A stretch of 37,063 nt of DNA from Candidatus Methanosuratincola thermotaenarum (lineage in GTDB: Archaea; Thermoproteota; Methanomethylicia; Methanomethylicales; Methanomethylicaceae), in contig JAULTB010000004.1 of assembly GCA_038801655.1 (NCBI GenBank), forward strand, positions 1-37,063, read 5' to 3'. A model generated the notes under the pieces. That model did not search any database. It had not been told where the DNA came from and was given only the letters and a program-made list of their open reading frames with translations. Every line of letters starts with the position of its first letter. Positions within the stretch are counted from its first letter, which is position 1. The translations under genes were made by a program, and so were the position numbers. Positions 36,456-37,063 of this stretch are shown piece after piece.

Positions 36456-36884
36456 ATGGATCCTATTGTATTCGCTGCGATCGAGGCACTCGTCGGCATG
36501 GGAGTAACGATACTCCTACTTGGGCTTCTCGGAGCCATATTCCATGCAATAGGGAAGGTTGATCGCTGGCTTGCTGCATCTAAATCTAAATCTAAATCTA
36601 AATCTAAATCCAAATCCAAATCCGAAACTGCGGGTGTAAGGGCGCCCGCCCCCGCATCTGCAGCGATTTCAGCTGGCGCGGCTACCCAAGACGCAAGTCT
36701 CGGAACAGCAGCGGCTGGCGAAATTCCGGCTCAGGAGGAAGATCTTCCTTTCATAGCGGCTGGAGTTTACCTCTACCTAAGAGTCAGCAATCAAAAAGGA
36801 TCGGGATCCATGCGATTTGCTGATGAGGAGTGCAGGAAAGAGTGGAAGCGGAGCGCACGGCTCTGCTCGTTGGGGTTGAGATGA
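36456..36884 (+). CDS. OadG/MmdD-like subunit of a Na+-translocating decarboxylase
   Basis: N-terminal TM (GMGVTILLL), Ala/Pro linker, EEDLPFIAA and C-terminal WKRSAR; upstream of a biotin-carrier-like gene. Confidence 0.65.
   Translation: MDPIVFAAIEALVGMGVTILLLGLLGAIFHAIGKVDRWLAASKSKSKSKSKSKSKSETAGVRAPAPASAAISAGAATQDASLGTAAAGEIPAQEEDLPFIAAGVYLYLRVSNQKGSGSMRFADEECRKEWKRSARLCSLGLR
36579..36626 (+). repeat. Hexanucleotide tandem repeat (TCTAAA)5(TCCAAA)2TCCGAA encoding (SK)7
   Basis: Read directly from the sequence. Confidence 0.95.
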
Positions 36885-37063
36885 TGAAGTTCGTTATTAC
36901 CGTCAACGGGACAAGGAAGGAAGTTGAAGTCTCTCCAGAAGGGGAGGATCTGCTCAGCGTAAAGGTCGACGGGAAGGCTTATTCCGTGATAGTCGATTCT
37001 TCCACGCAGGGCAAAGCCAGATCCGAAATGACCGGAAGCGCACCCGCCGACGCTTTTTCCATA
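36881..37063 (+). CDS. Biotin carboxyl carrier (MmdC-like) protein, N-terminal part (3' truncated)
   Basis: MMKFVITVNGTRKEVEV...VKVDGKAYSV; ATGA overlap with the oadG-like gene. The biotin MKM motif is not within the window. Confidence 0.6.
   Translation, partial: MMKFVITVNGTRKEVEVSPEGEDLLSVKVDGKAYSVIVDSSTQGKARSEMTGSAPADAFSI

Noticed and set aside
36579-36626. CRISPR array
   Set aside because: Simple hexamer tandem repeat with no spacers; no CRISPR array, tRNA or rRNA was recognised in the window.

Overview
Archaeal genomic window: 20S proteasome genes, TATA boxes, oligo-T terminators and a methylamine-type methyltransferase/corrinoid set. A Methanomethylicales/Verstraetearchaeota-like methylotroph is my inference, not proven. 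The left part is metabolic: a divergent proteasome beta+alpha pair, TatD, a BMP-family ABC transporter, two pyrrolysine-free MtmB paralogues with a corrinoid protein, AOR plus ferredoxin, a LeuA/homocitrate-synthase-family enzyme, a phosphoesterase, a bactofilin-like protein, a winged-helix regulator and ilvB-ilvN-ilvC. The main feature is an ~11.6 kb capsid-less contractile tail locus (21911-33556). It encodes sheath, tube, a tail-assembly chaperone pair joined by an A9 slippery run, a tape-measure-position protein, tube initiator, hub, spike, gp25-like wedge, baseplate J, gp7/I-like wedge, a candidate fibre, a candidate terminator and a convergent PAAR gene. No head, terminase, integrase, lysis or AAA+ gene is present in the locus. 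The right end holds a doubly frameshifted alkyltransferase-like gene, membrane proteins, a DsrE protein, a small gene missed by the ORF track and the start of a biotin-dependent Na+-decarboxylase operon. All family assignments are from motif recognition by eye; no searches were run.
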